DNA of 42,266 bases from Neophaeotheca triangularis (lineage: Eukaryota), in contig BAAIJX010000037.1 in NCBI GenBank assembly GCA_054600435.1, forward strand, positions 186,001 through 228,266, given 5' to 3'. Each line of letters starts with the position of its first letter. Position 1 is the stretch's first letter. The notes beneath the pieces were generated by a model. The model did no database searches and had not been told where the DNA came from. It worked only from the letters and a program-made list of their open reading frames with translations. This document shows, one piece after another, positions 1 to 13,135 of this stretch. The position numbers and the translations under genes were made by a program.

Positions 1-24
1 CACCTTCTAATGCGATGCTTGCAG

Positions 25-516
25 GGCAATTGGGAGTACACCGCCACCAAGTACGCTCTCCGAGGTTTTATGCGCACAGTCCGGCGGTCGAGCTGGGAGC
101 AAGGTATCCGCATCAACTATGTTGCTCCCTGCTGGATCAAGAGCGCTATCCGTTCAGCGGAATACGAGAAACATCTTATGGGCCTTGGCGTTGAGTTTGG
201 CGAGAGCGAGGATGTTGCCAACTGCATGATGAGGATAGCTTGTGATCGAGCCATCAACGGTAAGATGCTAATGTCCAATTTGCCAAAGAGCCAACAAACG
301 TTGGCAAAAATATGGGAATTGAACTGACTGCGAGTAGGCCGATCATTCATGATCACGCCCCGATCGATAGCAAAGGAGGGTTTCATCGACTCGGACCGAG
401 AAGACTACGACCCGACTGGGAAGGACGAGCATTTGGCGAAAGTGCAAGCATCTCAACTCGTCGTCATCGACGATAAATGGCTCGACAGCCATCCGACTAG
501 AATCTACAAGAACTGA
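25..516 (+). CDS. Short-chain dehydrogenase/reductase, 3' part only (exons 25-259, 338-516; 5' end outside window)
   Basis: YTATK (YxxxK catalytic motif) then GIRINYVAP; intron 260-337 (GTAAGA...CTGAC...TAG) restores the frame to TGA at 514-516. Confidence 0.85.
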
Positions 517-699
517 TGTGCGGCGCTCATCCTCAGATGGCGCGATTTGGACATGTTGTCAGTATATCCTGAGCAAAAGAGGAGTGGTGAGCTCAGAAGG
601 AGCCCAGCGCAGAAACCAGATCCCTCGGCGACCTTGCTCTTAGACTCCAGTCTCGGATAAAAGCTCCTTACTATACAGTTATATTGTCGAATTCCATTA

Positions 700-1200
700 C
701 CTCTAGGTGATGTCGCAGCCAGCCGCACAATACAGCTTGAAGGAAAGCCATTCAGTGTGGGTAACAACCTTTTCGATAAACGGCCGTCTGAGCCCCGGAA
801 TGTGCCCGTGTGGAATGACGCTCTCTGCATCAACCAAGACGACTTTTCAGCAAGGAATACTCAAGTCGGCCCGATGTCTTGTGTCTCTAGTCAAGCAGCT
901 ACGCGAATGACCCTCCCTTCTCGGGCATCCATGGATTACCGAGCCATTCTTCCGCGTTCGATACCATTACCCCTAGTAAAGCATAGCCGGGTCAGCCACG
1001 TGAGACGTTCACTAACATGTCGATGTGGATTTTGTCCGGTGGGCCTACGAGCTTTGGGTCGTGTTTCGCGTGCACTATCTCCTGCAAGATCCACATGCGG
1101 ATGCACCACGGGTCACGTATTCTGTAGAATATAGATGCCAGTTGCAAGGACCATATCGGGAACAGAGTCGATCCGTTTGTCATTTTGACGATTCCCACCC
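700..1200. pseudogene. Degenerate HET (heterokaryon incompatibility) domain gene relic, with pieces on both strands
   Basis: Plus strand reads GDVAASRTIQLEGKPFSVGNNLF...VWNDALCINQDDFSARNTQVGPM..SQA (HET W-x-D-A-x-C-I-N-Q motif); minus strand ~1070-1130 reads DPWCIRMWILQEIVHA (HET R-x-W-x-L-Q-E motif); no intact ORF joins them; boundaries approximate. Confidence 0.7.
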
Positions 1201-1914
1201 ACGTTGTGGTCCTGCAGCCATTTCATTTTCAGACCTGGCCGAAGATCCACGTCTGGCGACACGAAGCAGTGGCCCGCTCTGCCCCTACTTAGTACCTTCT
1301 ATGAAGCCACCATACTTATTAGCAAACCGCCACACAAGGCAAAACTCGCCTCTAACACCTCCCTAGCTCCAAAAACCTCCCCACCCCACTATCTACTACT
1401 TAAGCCTCCCTCCCCTGCCTCCGATCCGCACTTTAACCCCAAGGAATTAAACACCGCCCTAAACGCCGGGAACTTCCTCCCCTACAACTAGCAAACCACC
1501 CCATCCATTCGCCATGCCGGTAATCACATTCTCAGACATCCGGATATTCGAGGTTGACCGCTCTCGCTACACAGCTCCACATTCGCCTACGGCCACAACA
1601 TCAACCTCAAAAATCGAAGTCCCCATGCCTCTCTAAAGCTCAATGAGTCGTTTGCGTGCGAGACAATGTAATCGCCGGCCTTGTCAATCGAAATCTGGCC
1701 CTGAATATATCCTCAACATCTCTTCTAGTATTGCTTGGCTGGTGGGTGTAGACGTGTCGCCTCTAGCCGATGTCTGGACTGGCATTTCGCTGCGTAGTTG
1801 AGATCACTGAGAGCGCGTCCAACGGTGTATCCGTCCTCATCACGCACGATCGAAGTTATCGCGGAGGGCTCTTACGGCCTCATTTGTCCGGCCGTAAGTA
1901 TTCTTGATGATGTG

Positions 1915-2415
1915 GGGAGTAATGAAGTAGAGGGGAAGTAAAAGCAGAAGTAAAAGAGAGAAGGAAAGGTTAAACTAAAGGTAGTAGTAAAAAATGAAGA
2001 GAAGGGTGAGGTATGCGCTAAATCGAAGGTAGAAGTAAAAAGGGAAATGAAGGTTTACCTTAGAGATTACATAGTTTACTAGGTGTAAGGACGTGAACCT
2101 ACATTCTTTTTTCTCGTTTCCTTCTTTAAGTGACAGGAAGAGAAATTGAAGGCTAGAAGCGGACTAACTCTAGAAAGAGAAGCATCTTGTAATTTAGCTT
2201 CTTACACCGATAGTCTCCTTTTGTCGAGGTCTCTACTTAAGGCCTTGTTGAGTAAAGTACTGTTAGTAGGCCTAGCGAGCGATGAAGTCGGGCTAAGTAG
2301 GTACCGTAGGCCTTCTTTCTTTCTTAGTATATCCTCTAAGCGGTCACTTTTATCAGCTATCACTCTGTCGACCACAACTTCGGTCATGCAAGTGCGAGGA
2401 CTTCGAGATGTCTAG
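1915..2415. repeat. AT-rich, TpA-rich island, probable RIP-mutated repeat fragment
   Basis: Abrupt drop in GC with frequent TAG/CTA/TAA and scarce CpA/TpG compared with flanks; source element not recognisable. Confidence 0.5.
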
Positions 2416-2605
2416 CAATGGGCCGAAGAGGTTAGCTATGCAGCAACACGAGGTCCTTCCGCCAATTTACGTGAACCACCTCCACGAACACCTCCACGTC
2501 TCTGATTCTTTGGCAGGTGATAGGTGCTCAACGTCAGGCACGGGCGTCAACCCAGGCCGGTAACTTCCATTTCCCCCGATTCCCTATCTTGGTCAATCTA
2601 TTCTC

Positions 2606-4074
2606 TTACTCTCCCCGATTTTCCACCCCATTCTCCCCGTTCCCAAACCGAACGAAAGTTTTCTCATTCCTCCTCTCCTCGCCTTGCCCTTCGCTCCTAA
2701 ACATATATCCCCGAACCCTGGGTCCCACGCCCCCACCCTCCGGCAAACCAGCCTCATAAAAGAGTTCAAAATTCCCGCAATCCTCTTCCCATCTCCCTTC
2801 CCGAATAGACTTTCGGACGTCCCGGAAAAACCCATCAATGACATGGTGGTTGTGGATGGCCAACAGCACCCAGGCTAGCATTTCCTTTGCTTGCAGAAGA
2901 TGGTGGAGAAACGCGTTGTGGTGGGTTTTGCAAGTTTTGCAATTGCAAGAGGGGGTAAGAGGGTCGAGGGAGGTGGCTTGGGAGGGATTCCAGAGGGAGT
3001 GGCCGAGCGGGGCAGTAGTTTGGGAGGAAGGCGGTGGTGGCGGGAAGGTGAAGTCGAGGGCTATGCCGGCGTCCGTTGCCGTTTCGAGGAAGGGGATAGT
3101 GTGAAGATCTACGCCGTGGGAGATGTGGGTAAGGAGGTCGTGGGGGGTTTGCGGGGAGGTGAAACCGAGGCGGGGCAACTGGTCGAGGGGTGGGGGGAGG
3201 TCCGGGAGGCTATCCAGGTTGTAGATTGCTAGGCCTGAGAGGGACGGGAGGACGTCGGAGGAGGTCAGCGTTTCGATGTAGTATTGTTGGTTGATGCATG
3301 AAACAGGGAGGAGAGGGGCGAAAAGGGCTGGTAGCGGTTCCATTACGTGAGTGTTGTCGCTGTTCGTCGTCCGGTTGGTCGTCGTCGTCCTTGCTTTAAT
3401 CCCATTGTGTTCGTCCACCACCCTCTCGCGCAATTTGACATGATCACCCACCCACTGTATCGACCGATCCGTCGCCTTCTCAATCCTCTTACTGCCCAAC
3501 GCCCGCTTAAAGGGCACGTCCGCCATAGCAACAACAACATCCGGGCGCAGCTCCTCCGACCTCGCCGCAAACTCCTCGGCCCTCAAGTTCGTGAACCCCA
3601 CCGAAGTGCAGACAGCAATCGTGTTCTCCGTGTTAGGGGTAGCAGCGGGAGCTTGCACTGGAAGAGCCCTTCTGGCCCCGAGGACTAAGACACTCGATTT
3701 CGGCAGGGCGATGAATCGCCGCAGCTTCTCGGCGACGGGGACATGGTAGATAGGGGCATCGGCCCGTTCGATAACTTGTTCACGGCGCTGGGTGTGAGTC
3801 AGGAGGTCAGCCAGTGGGGCGACGGGAAGGGGAATGTCGGGGATGGGAGCTTACAGTCTTCGAGACCTGCGTAGACTCCGGGGATTGCGGTGGAGCGGTT
3901 AAGGTTGTCTTGGGTTAGGTGGGGCACTGTGCCGCGAGAGGTGAGGGCGAGGTAGTTGGGCGTTTCAATCGGTGGGCGGTTTGGAAATGTGAGTTGGCCG
4001 AGACGGGGTCCCATGCTGTTTGGGGTGGACTTCAGGACTTTGAACATGTCTCTGTCGAAATTTTCAGAATCCAT
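2606..4074 (-). CDS. QTRT2: Queuine tRNA-ribosyltransferase accessory subunit (exons 4074-3855, 3774-2606)
   Basis: TPNYLALTSRGTVPHLTQD N-terminal TGT motif; splicing gives LEDFIER; C-terminal Zn site CNCKTC...HHLLQAKEMLAWVLLAIHN typical of the non-catalytic eukaryotic subunit. Confidence 0.88.
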
Positions 4075-4306
4075 TCCATCCACGGCTACTTCTCACGGAA
4101 GATGGACAGCGACACGAGAGCATTGTCAGGTCTGGAAGGTACCTAGGTAGAGGTGAGGTCGACCTCGGTCCGCACGCCAAGGCCCATTGGCTTTCAACTT
4201 CACGACTTCACCTCCACTCCAGCTAAGAAGGAACGTCAAGACCCCTACCAAATGTGACATCGAATACACAACCCTCCAAGCCTTCGGGAGACAGGAGTTC
4301 CCAATC

Positions 4307-4954
4307 ATGCCCCGCGGTACTCTAATCTGCATCGAAGGCCTCGACCGAACAGGTAAAAGCACACAAGCCACGCTTCTCGCAGCTTACCTCCGTTCAACGC
4401 AAAAAACGCCCATCCACCACCTCCGCTTCCCCGACCGCAGCACGCCCATCGGCCAGCAAATTAACTCTTACCTAACATATGCATCCCAGCTCCCCGATCA
4501 AGCGATCCACCTCCTCTTTTCCGCGAACCGCTGGGAGCACGCTGCGGGTATCAGGCAAGCTATAGAGCGCGGAGAGACGGTGGTGCTAGATCGGTACTGC
4601 TACAGTGGGGTTGTGTATTCGGCTGCGAAGGGGGTGGAGGGGTTAGGGGTGGAATGGTGTTGGCGGCCCGAGGTGGGCCTGCCTGAGCCGGATGTGGTTG
4701 TTTTTATGAAGGCCGGCGAGGGGGTTGCGGAGGCAAGGGAGGGGTTTGGCGGTGAGCGGTATGAGGTTCGTGGGCTGCAGGGAAGGGTTGGGCAGCTGTT
4801 TGGGACGGTGCTGGAGGGGGTCAAGGGGGTTAGGGTCGTGGAGGCTGAGGGGAGTCTTGAAGAGGTCGAGGAGAGGGTAAGGGGGGTTGCTGAGGGGGTT
4901 ATGAGGGATGTGGAGAGGGAAGGGAGGCCGTTGGGGACCGTGGGGCTGCGGTGA
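4307..4954 (+). CDS. CDC8: Thymidylate (dTMP) kinase
   Basis: P-loop IEGLDRTGKSTQ, LRFPDRST, HLLFSANRWE, LDRY..SGVVYSAAKG, GLPEPD, FGGERYE; ATG at 4307. Confidence 0.95.
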   Translation: MPRGTLICIEGLDRTGKSTQATLLAAYLRSTQKTPIHHLRFPDRSTPIGQQINSYLTYASQLPDQAIHLLFSANRWEHAAGIRQAIERGETVVLDRYCYSGVVYSAAKGVEGLGVEWCWRPEVGLPEPDVVVFMKAGEGVAEAREGFGGERYEVRGLQGRVGQLFGTVLEGVKGVRVVEAEGSLEEVEERVRGVAEGVMRDVEREGRPLGTVGLR

Positions 4955-5027
4955 GAGGGTTTGTCAGCTTGAAACATGGGTCGGGTCGAGCTTGGTCGCG
5001 ATCTGAATGCATGAGTTGATCGGAGAG

Positions 5028-6338
5028 CTATGTAAGGACCTGCGCCTCGTCCCAGTCGCTCTCGTCGACTATGGGCTCAAAGGCTTGCGCTTTGCCTTTC
5101 TTGACCGGAGTCAAGAACTTTCGATGCGGACTTCGATCACTCGTCAATGCACTGCCTCCGACTTCCTGCTCGACATCACTACTCCCTACCAGGATATTCC
5201 ACTCATCCTCCTCCGGCAGCGGCTCCTCCTCGAGACCATCGTCGTCTTCTACATCAGAAGCCACCGCCTTCCCTTTCTTCGCTCGGGGTTTCTTGAACAA
5301 AGCTGCAACCTCCTTCTCGCCTCGCATACGCAGACTGAGCTCCTTGACGAGATCCACCCACTGCAGCTCCGTCTTACACGACGGACATCTCCCTTGCGTC
5401 GGCACAATCGCCCCTTGACTCCCCTCCTCCGCCAAGAACCTCGCAGAAAGACAGTCCAGATGCGCACACATCTCACACCCCTCGCTCGGGCAAAAGACCG
5501 TTGCATTGCCATCATCGGGACAACTCTCCCGACAAACACCACACTTCTCCTCCTTCTCACTACCAAACCTAGCCCTCCCCTTCTCCAAAACCCCTTTCAA
5601 CCCCACATAACCTACCTCCAGCTCCCCAACACCCTGGCTTTCGAACCCAACACACAACCCCCTCCTCAGCCCTTCCGGTCCCAGAAACCCCGCCGTAGCC
5701 CTTCCCCAGACCTTCCACACATCCTCGGCGAAGAACCTCACCCTCAAGGGCCATGGGAAGAAACTTTTCGCCCGCAGCAGTAGATGGAGGTTTATAAGTT
5801 TGTCGGAGAGAGATTGTCGCGGGCGGGCAGGGCGTTTTCTCGTGCGTTTTTGACGCGGAGAGGGACGGGTTGTAGTGTTTGCGAGGTGAGTGCGGTGGGT
5901 GCTCGGGATGTGGCGAGTTAGGTGTGGGTTTTGCCAGGCCCATCTGTCGTGCAGACGTAGACGGGATGGTCAGCATTGATGCTCTTGAGAGTGTCTGCCG
6001 CACGAGGCACATGAACAGAGAAAGGTTTCGCCGGAGTCAAGAGGGAAACTTGGACGTGTGGGAGATCGCAGCTATAACGAGATATCACGATGTGAAAGGC
6101 AAAATACTCACTCAAACTGCAACGCAGCGATTTTGCTAGGGAAGCCTGTGATCAAGCAAGTCATCTCCCATGGTCGTAGACTGTCTTTACTAGTCCTAAC
6201 GGCACCACCTTTGCTCTCGCCGTTGTGCTGCCGTAGTCGCCGCACGGGGTTGGGCGTGCTTCCGACGTATAGACTAGCGTGGCGTACGGTGCTGCGGAGG
6301 AGGTAGCAGGCATAGAAGGCGGGGATTGGTCGATCCAT
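5028..6338 (-). CDS. SLX1: Structure-specific endonuclease subunit Slx1 (exons 6338-6112, 5943-5028)
   Basis: GIY-YIG domain CYLLRS...[18 protein letters not shown]; intron 6111-5944 (GTGAGT...GCTGAC...CAG) joins ALQFE-WAWQNPH; C-terminal RING/PHD-like CGVC...CPSEGC...HLDCL...CPSC. Confidence 0.95.
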
Positions 6339-7077
6339 GTTTTGTTGTTCCTAGAGAATAAAAGGGTGATTTTGGTCTGCTTTCGAGGCTGGGATGTTGT
6401 TGTTGTATGTCATTGGTTGGCGGCAGCGCGATGGGTCAGCCTCGGGGCTGGCTGCAGGTCGTCGGCTTGGCGGTCACTTCATCGCGTGAGAGGGCTGGAG
6501 GGAGATAATTCGCAAAAGATACAGTCGCGCTGAACATTATTCGACAAATACATCAGAAGAGCCCATGGGACTGTATGCAAGCGATGAATGTTTGTAATGT
6601 GCTAAACATCGATTTTCGAATGTTTTTACCATTCTGCATAGCCCAAAGTGGTTAGCGTTGTGTTTGCGCTCGGGCCTACTTTCCCACCTGCACCTGCCTG
6701 GGCTTCTCGATGCCCTCCGACACTTCCATCTCCGCCTAACTTATCTCGTCTCATGTACTAAGGTAGCCACTCCGACAACGACCACCCCTTTGCAGACTCT
6801 CCGCCACGCATGCGGCACGCCGACGGCGACATACTCACCGTCGCGATAGCAACCCCCTGCCTATACGACCACTGTCAGTGACGGGGCGGAAGGCGCATTT
6901 CGAGACAGCTCGTTCCCTTGGCCGCGACGCCGAAACCTCGCAGGGTGATATCAGGCCACCAAGACTTGCTACATGCACCGGCCTCGATACAACGCATCGC
7001 ATATTCAAACGAACCGCATCGAGTAGACAACCGCTTGTCCTCGCCGTCACGTCGTGCAGCCCCCATCATCCGCAACC

Positions 7078-10000
7078 ATGGTCGTTCCACCGGCTGTCGG
7101 CGGCATGAACGGGGCGACCGCTGCTCCCGTCTTCAGACCTTCTCCCAGCGCCGGACCATCCACAGCAACAGGGTCAACACCGAAACTCTCAAAATCCACA
7201 ACAACGACATCAGCGATTCCAGTCACAGTCACAGCCAACAGCACTCCCGGCGCACCGGGCGCGCTTAATGGTCCACCCTCTGGCAATAACCACACCATCC
7301 CGCTGAGCGCACGGCGCGCGGAAGCCCTCGACCTCAAGACAGTCGAGAGGAGACAGAATGGTAACTGTCCGAGCGACGAGCCGAAATCGCACCGTCCCTT
7401 CGATATTCCCGAGGCTCCGACTTATCGACCGACATGGGAGGAGTTTCGTGATCCGATGGAGTATATGCGCAAGATCAGGCCGGAGGGAGAGAAGTGGGGG
7501 ATCGTCAAGGTCATACCGCCAGAGGGCTGGAATCCAACTTTTGCTATCAACACAGAGGTAAGGCGCTGTCGGATGGTGGGAACATGGTGAAGGATTGATG
7601 CTGACACGACGTAACGTCTAGAAATTCCACTTTCGCACTCGCAGGCAAGAACTCAACTCGGTCGAAGGCGGCAATCGGGTCAACAATGACTACCTCGATC
7701 AGCTCGCCAAGTTTCACAAACAAAACGGCCACAACCTCAACCGCTTTCCTTCGGTCGACAAGCGCCCGCTGGACCTATACCGGCTGAAGAAGACGGTGGA
7801 GCGTAAGGGAGGTTTCGACAACGTCTGCAAGAGCAAGAGATGGGCCGAGGTCGGCCGTGACTTGGGATACAGTGGAAAGATTATGTCGTCGCTTTCGACG
7901 TCACTCAAAAACAGCTACCAGAAATGGCTCCTCCCGTACGAAGAGTACTTGATGTACGCCAAGCCGGGTGTCCAGCAACAACTCGAGTATCTGAACGGTG
8001 GACCGATTACCCCTAGCCCGGGACCGTCCCCTGCAAAGAAATCTCAGACTAACACGCCACTGGGTATGATGAAAGAGCATACGCCTGCCATGGCCGCTTC
8101 GGCTACTTTGAATGCATCTATCAACGGCCAAAGCACACCGCAGCTTCCTCCGGTCCATCAGGAGGCGATGCAACCACAACCCCCTTCTACTGGTGGCTTC
8201 ACACCTGTCAACGCCGGAGGCTTCACCGCCGTCAATGCGCCTGGTGTGGCGCCGCCTCCACCGGCCAAAGTACGTTCTGTATCTACCGCTGCGATGGCAG
8301 ATCTCATCAATGACCATTTATCGAATGCTAACAAAGAGATGCAGCCCTCCATAGAACCTCCCGCGAACCCCAGCGGAATGCCGCCGAGCAACAGCTATCT
8401 ACCACCCTCTTCAGGCGTATCGCCACCAAATGGACTTCCCAATCTCAAGCGCCAGCACAGCGAAAGCATCCTCACACCCGATGAGATCGACGCTATGGGT
8501 CGTCGGAGTAAGCGCGTGAAGAGAGATGTTCCAACCGTCGCCGGCAGCAACATGCACCACTCGCGCATATCTACCGCTCGCTTCCAAGGAACTCGTGAGC
8601 GTGGCAATTTCAAGCCTGGCGAGGCTTGTGAGAACTGTGGAAAGCCGGATGGTCCGCGTGCGCTGCTGCTTTGCGATAGCTGCGACTCTGGTTTCCACAT
8701 GAGCTGTCTCGATCCACCGATGAAGCAGAGGCCGGACTACGACTGGCATTGCCCCAGATGCTTGGTCGGGACTGGTGAGTATGGGTTTGAAGAAGGCGAT
8801 GTATACTCTCTGGCGGGCTTTCAACGCAAAGCGAATGGTTTTAAAGAGCAGCACTTTGCCAATCTACGCGGAGCGGCCAACCCTTTCACACCAGAGAAGC
8901 GCCACCTGACGGAAGAAGATGTCGAGAAGGAGTTTTGGAGGCTGGTGGAGGATCTCAGCGACACTGTGGAGGTTGAGTACGGAGCCGACATCCACTCCAC
9001 AACCCATGGCAGCGGTTTTCCGACTATCGAGCTTCAGCCTCGCGACTCGTATTCTACCGATCCCTGGAATCTTAACATCATGCCGCTTGACAAAGACAGC
9101 TTATTCAGACACATCAAGTCAGATGTCTCCGGCATGACTGTGCCTTGGCTGTATGTAGGCATGGTTTTCTCTACTTTTTGCTGGCACAATGAAGACCACT
9201 TCGCCTACTCTGCCAACTATCAGCATTTCGGTGACACAAAGACGTGGTACGGTATCCCCGGCGAGGATAGCGGAAAATTCGAGGAAGCCATGAAGGAAGA
9301 GGTCCCTGAGCTGTTCGAGACACAACCAGATCTGCTCTTCCAGCTGGTCACTCTCGCCAAACCGGAAAAGCTGCGCAAGGCGGGTGTCAGGGTCTGCGCA
9401 ATCGATCAACACGCTGGACAATTCGTCGTCACATTCCCTCGGGCCTACCATGCTGGTTTCAATCATGGTTTCAACTTCAACGAGGCTGTCAATTTCGCAC
9501 CGCCAGACTGGGAGCCATTTGGTGAGGAAGGTGTCAAGAGGTTGAAGACTTACCGGAAACAGCCATGCTTCCCTCACGATGAGATGCTTCTCACAGCAGC
9601 TGCACGTGACCATACTATCCGTACTGCGAAGTGGTTAGCGCCCGCCATGGAGCGCATGAGAGACAATGAACTATCCGCTCGGCAGCATTTCTTAGGACCA
9701 CCGGATACTGAGGACGCGCCGGAGGATAGCTATCTTGGCCTGCGATATGTTAAGCAGGCTGAGATCATCGATCCGACCACTGAGGAGGAAGAAGTTATCT
9801 GCGCCTTTTGCAAATGCTACTGCCATCTTTCTCGCTACCGTTGCAACAAGACTGGCAAGTGGATGTGCATGCTCCACGCTGGAGGCTACGAGTGCTGTGA
9901 TTCTCTCGAGACTGATCGATACTCCGGACAGAGTGGGGAGCACACTCTCTTGTATCGCATGACGGACGATCAGCTGGTCAAGACTGTCGGCAAAGTTGTC

Positions 10001-13000
10001 GAGAAGGGCAATATTCCGGAAGCATGGCAGGCAAAGTTCGAAGCTGAGCTCGAAGACACCCCCACCCCTTCGCTCAAACACATGCGCACACTGGTGACCG
10101 AGGGCGAGAAGATCCAATACGATCTCCCCGACCTACCGCAACTGCGCCGCTTCGTGGAAAAGTGCAACGAGTGGGTCGAGGAGGCCACTAACTACATTAC
10201 CCGCAAGCAGCAAAACCGGCGCAAGAGTGAGAAAGCGTGGCGCAAAGGCAAAGCAGCCGCCGAGCAAGAGGAGCGTGAGCGTGAGCTGCGGAAGGTTGAG
10301 AATATCCGTGCTCTTCTTGCTCGCGCCGATAAGCTTGGCTTCGACTGTCCCGAGATCAACACTCTACGGGAACGCGCCGACAACATTTCCGACTTCCAGC
10401 GTGGTGCAAATTCAGCGCTCGCGAACATCGCCAAGCATACGACTGCGGAGTTTGAGGAGCTGGCTGAACGTGGTCGCGACTTTCACGTTGATCTTCCCGA
10501 GATTGAAAACCTGGAGCGTCTTGTGAAGAGGCTGCGATGGAACGATCTAGCTCGCGCAAACCGTCCCAACCCCGAGACCATGCGCCAGGATCAGAATCTT
10601 AACGACATCAAAGTCTTTGTCGATCAAGGCTTAGAGATTGGCGTGCCAGAGACGAATCCCGACATCACCTTCTTCCGCGAACACATGGCGCAAGGTGAGC
10701 TGTGGGAGCAAAAGGCCCAAGAGCTCATGTCGGTGGAACAGGTGCATTACCAACAGCTGGACGCACTCAGCAGACAAGCCGCCACCCTTCCCGTACGTCC
10801 GGATACTCTCGCCCGCGTCGATGCGATCCTCAAGAAGCAGCGCGAGGTGCAAGATAAGATTGTTTCTCTCTATGTGCAGAGCAAACATGAGGATTTCCGG
10901 CAGCGACCCATGTACCGTGAAGTCCGTGACGTGATGGCTCAGCTTGAAGAGTTGCAGAGCAAGCCGCAGGGCACTGCAGATTTAGAGAAGGAGCAGCGTC
11001 GGCACGAAGACTGGATGCGGCGCGGTAAGAAGCTTTTCGGCAAGGCAAACGCTCCGCTTCATATTTTGCATCAACATATGCAGGTTGTGGAGGCCCGCAA
11101 TGAGGCTTGTTTTGACTTGGGCGATAAGCCGCGCATGCCTGTCGAGCCGTCTTCGCGCCAAAATACCCCCGATCCGGACGGTGAGCACGGTGGGATGGCA
11201 GATGGAAGTGGCTCTAGCAGAGACGTTTTTTGCATCTGTCGCAAGCCCGAAGCAGGCATGATGATCGAATGCGAGCTCTGCCACGAGTGGTATCACGGCA
11301 AGTGTCTGAAAATCGCCCGCGGGAAAGTCAAGGAAGACGACAAGTACACGTGCCCGATATGCGACTGGCGCGTGAAGATTCCTCGCGATGCTGCCAGACC
11401 GAAGCTCGACGACCTCCAAGCCTGGCAGGATGAGCTCGAGACTCTGCCGTTCCAGCCCGAGGAGGAGCATACGCTTGCGAACATCTGCGACCACGCGCAG
11501 GCCTTCCGCGATTTCATGCGACCATTCATCAACCCGGTCATGACAAGTCCCGAGGAAGTGGGCACTCTACGCTTCCATCTGCGCAAGATCGAGGGTGCGG
11601 ATCTTCTGCTTGCGTATGAGACGAACTATCTGCGTCAGGAACTGCACAGGTGGGCTCCTGTGGCTCCGGAGGCACCGCCGAAAGTCGAAGTCAGTGGCTC
11701 TACTCGCAAGCCACGTCCTACCAAACAGCAGAAGTTGATGGCGCAGCTGGGTATCACTAACCCCGATGACCTCCCCCAGCAGTACAAAATTAAACCGCAC
11801 ATTGCTAAACGTAAGGCTTCGGAAGCTCTCGGCAAGAACCAGCCTCTTCAGCCTGCAGATGGTGTTGAAGGAACCTCCTCGCCTCGTGCGCCAAGTTTAC
11901 CTGGTGCTTCGTCCGGGACCGGCCAACACTCGGGGACTGGCAGTAGCCTACCTCCAGGTAGCAAGCTCACACCTCTCGCCATCCAAGTTCTAGGGGACCT
12001 CGCAGCAGCGCCAGTAGTCGGACAGCTTCTCGCCGTCGAACCGCACATGATGCGCGACAAGCTCCAGAAAATGCGCGTCGTTCTAATGCACCACCCTGAC
12101 ACGCACGCCGACATCAAGGCCTTTTCGGCCAAAGTCAATGCTCTCCCCGACCCCAAACCGCACATGCCAGACTGGAACTATGAGAGCGAGTACTCTCCCC
12201 AGCCCGCAGTGACTTCGTCGACTCCAACAGCTCTCTCAGCGGCCCTCGACACCAAACCCACCCCCACCTCAGCTTCTGCGCACTACCAACACCCCCGCCT
12301 CGCCTCCCCCGCGCACTTTACGCCCCCGCCAGTTTCGGACGTGGGACCCCGGCCCTACCCAGCTACGACAACTTCCCCGGGCGGCTTTGGTGACGGTCTC
12401 GAGCCTCTCTTCGGCAGCAGGGATGATGCGAACATGTTTGCCAGCCCGGCTAACAACCGCAATCTGAACCCCAGTTTCGGCGCCGCTAAGGACGACGTTA
12501 TGTTTGGGTCTCCAGCTAGTGGGAGCAAGACTGGCGGTGTAGGTGGTGGTGGTGGGGGGTCGGGGTTCTTGGGTTTTGCATCTTCGGCTGGTTCCGGCTC
12601 GGGGTCGGGTGGTGGTGTAGGAATCGGTGGGGTAAGTGGAGTTGGGGTTGGTGGTGTGGATGATAGGGATAGGGGGATGGATGACAACATGTTTGCGGAT
12701 ATGGTGCATGATCACGACCACGAGCATGAGCATGAGCAAGACCAAGCACTTGAGTCGCAGACAATTGGTGGCGGCTTCGATGGCGCGGCGGATGATAAGA
12801 GCCTCCCCTCGGTTTCGCAAGGCATGGTCTCGACTGCTCCGGATGCCAGTTCGGGATCCATGACTGCTGGTCTTGCCCCAATGCCCACGGACACGGCTAC
12901 CGTTTTCTCGGCCGAAGGCGCTACGGGCCTCGGGCAGGCTGCCGATAACAAGGAACTCGCCCTCACCGCCGCAGCCGGGCACCCAGGCAACAACACCGAC

Positions 13001-13135
13001 GACGCCATGGACATCGATATCCCCTCTCGGGACAACGCTGTCCCCCCACCGGCTGCCGATGCTGTCGCGCAGTCTGTTGAGACGGCTGCCACCGATGTCG
13101 AATCTGGTGCTCGAGGTGGGGAGGCTGATGCTTGA
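7078..13135 (+). CDS. KDM5: JARID1/KDM5-family histone H3K4 demethylase, Lid2/KdmB-like (exons 7078-7557, 7622-13135)
   Basis: JmjN (APTYRPTWEEFRDP), ARID (LDLYRLKKTVERKGG), PHD, JmjC with intact Fe ligands (WHNED...YHAGFN), C5HC2 finger, PLU-1 region, second PHD (CICR...CELCHEWYHGKC); intron 7558-7621. Confidence 0.95.

Noticed and set aside
4187..4306. N-terminal extension of CDC8 in the ORF track
   Set aside because: Starts at TTG; homology begins at the ATG at 4307
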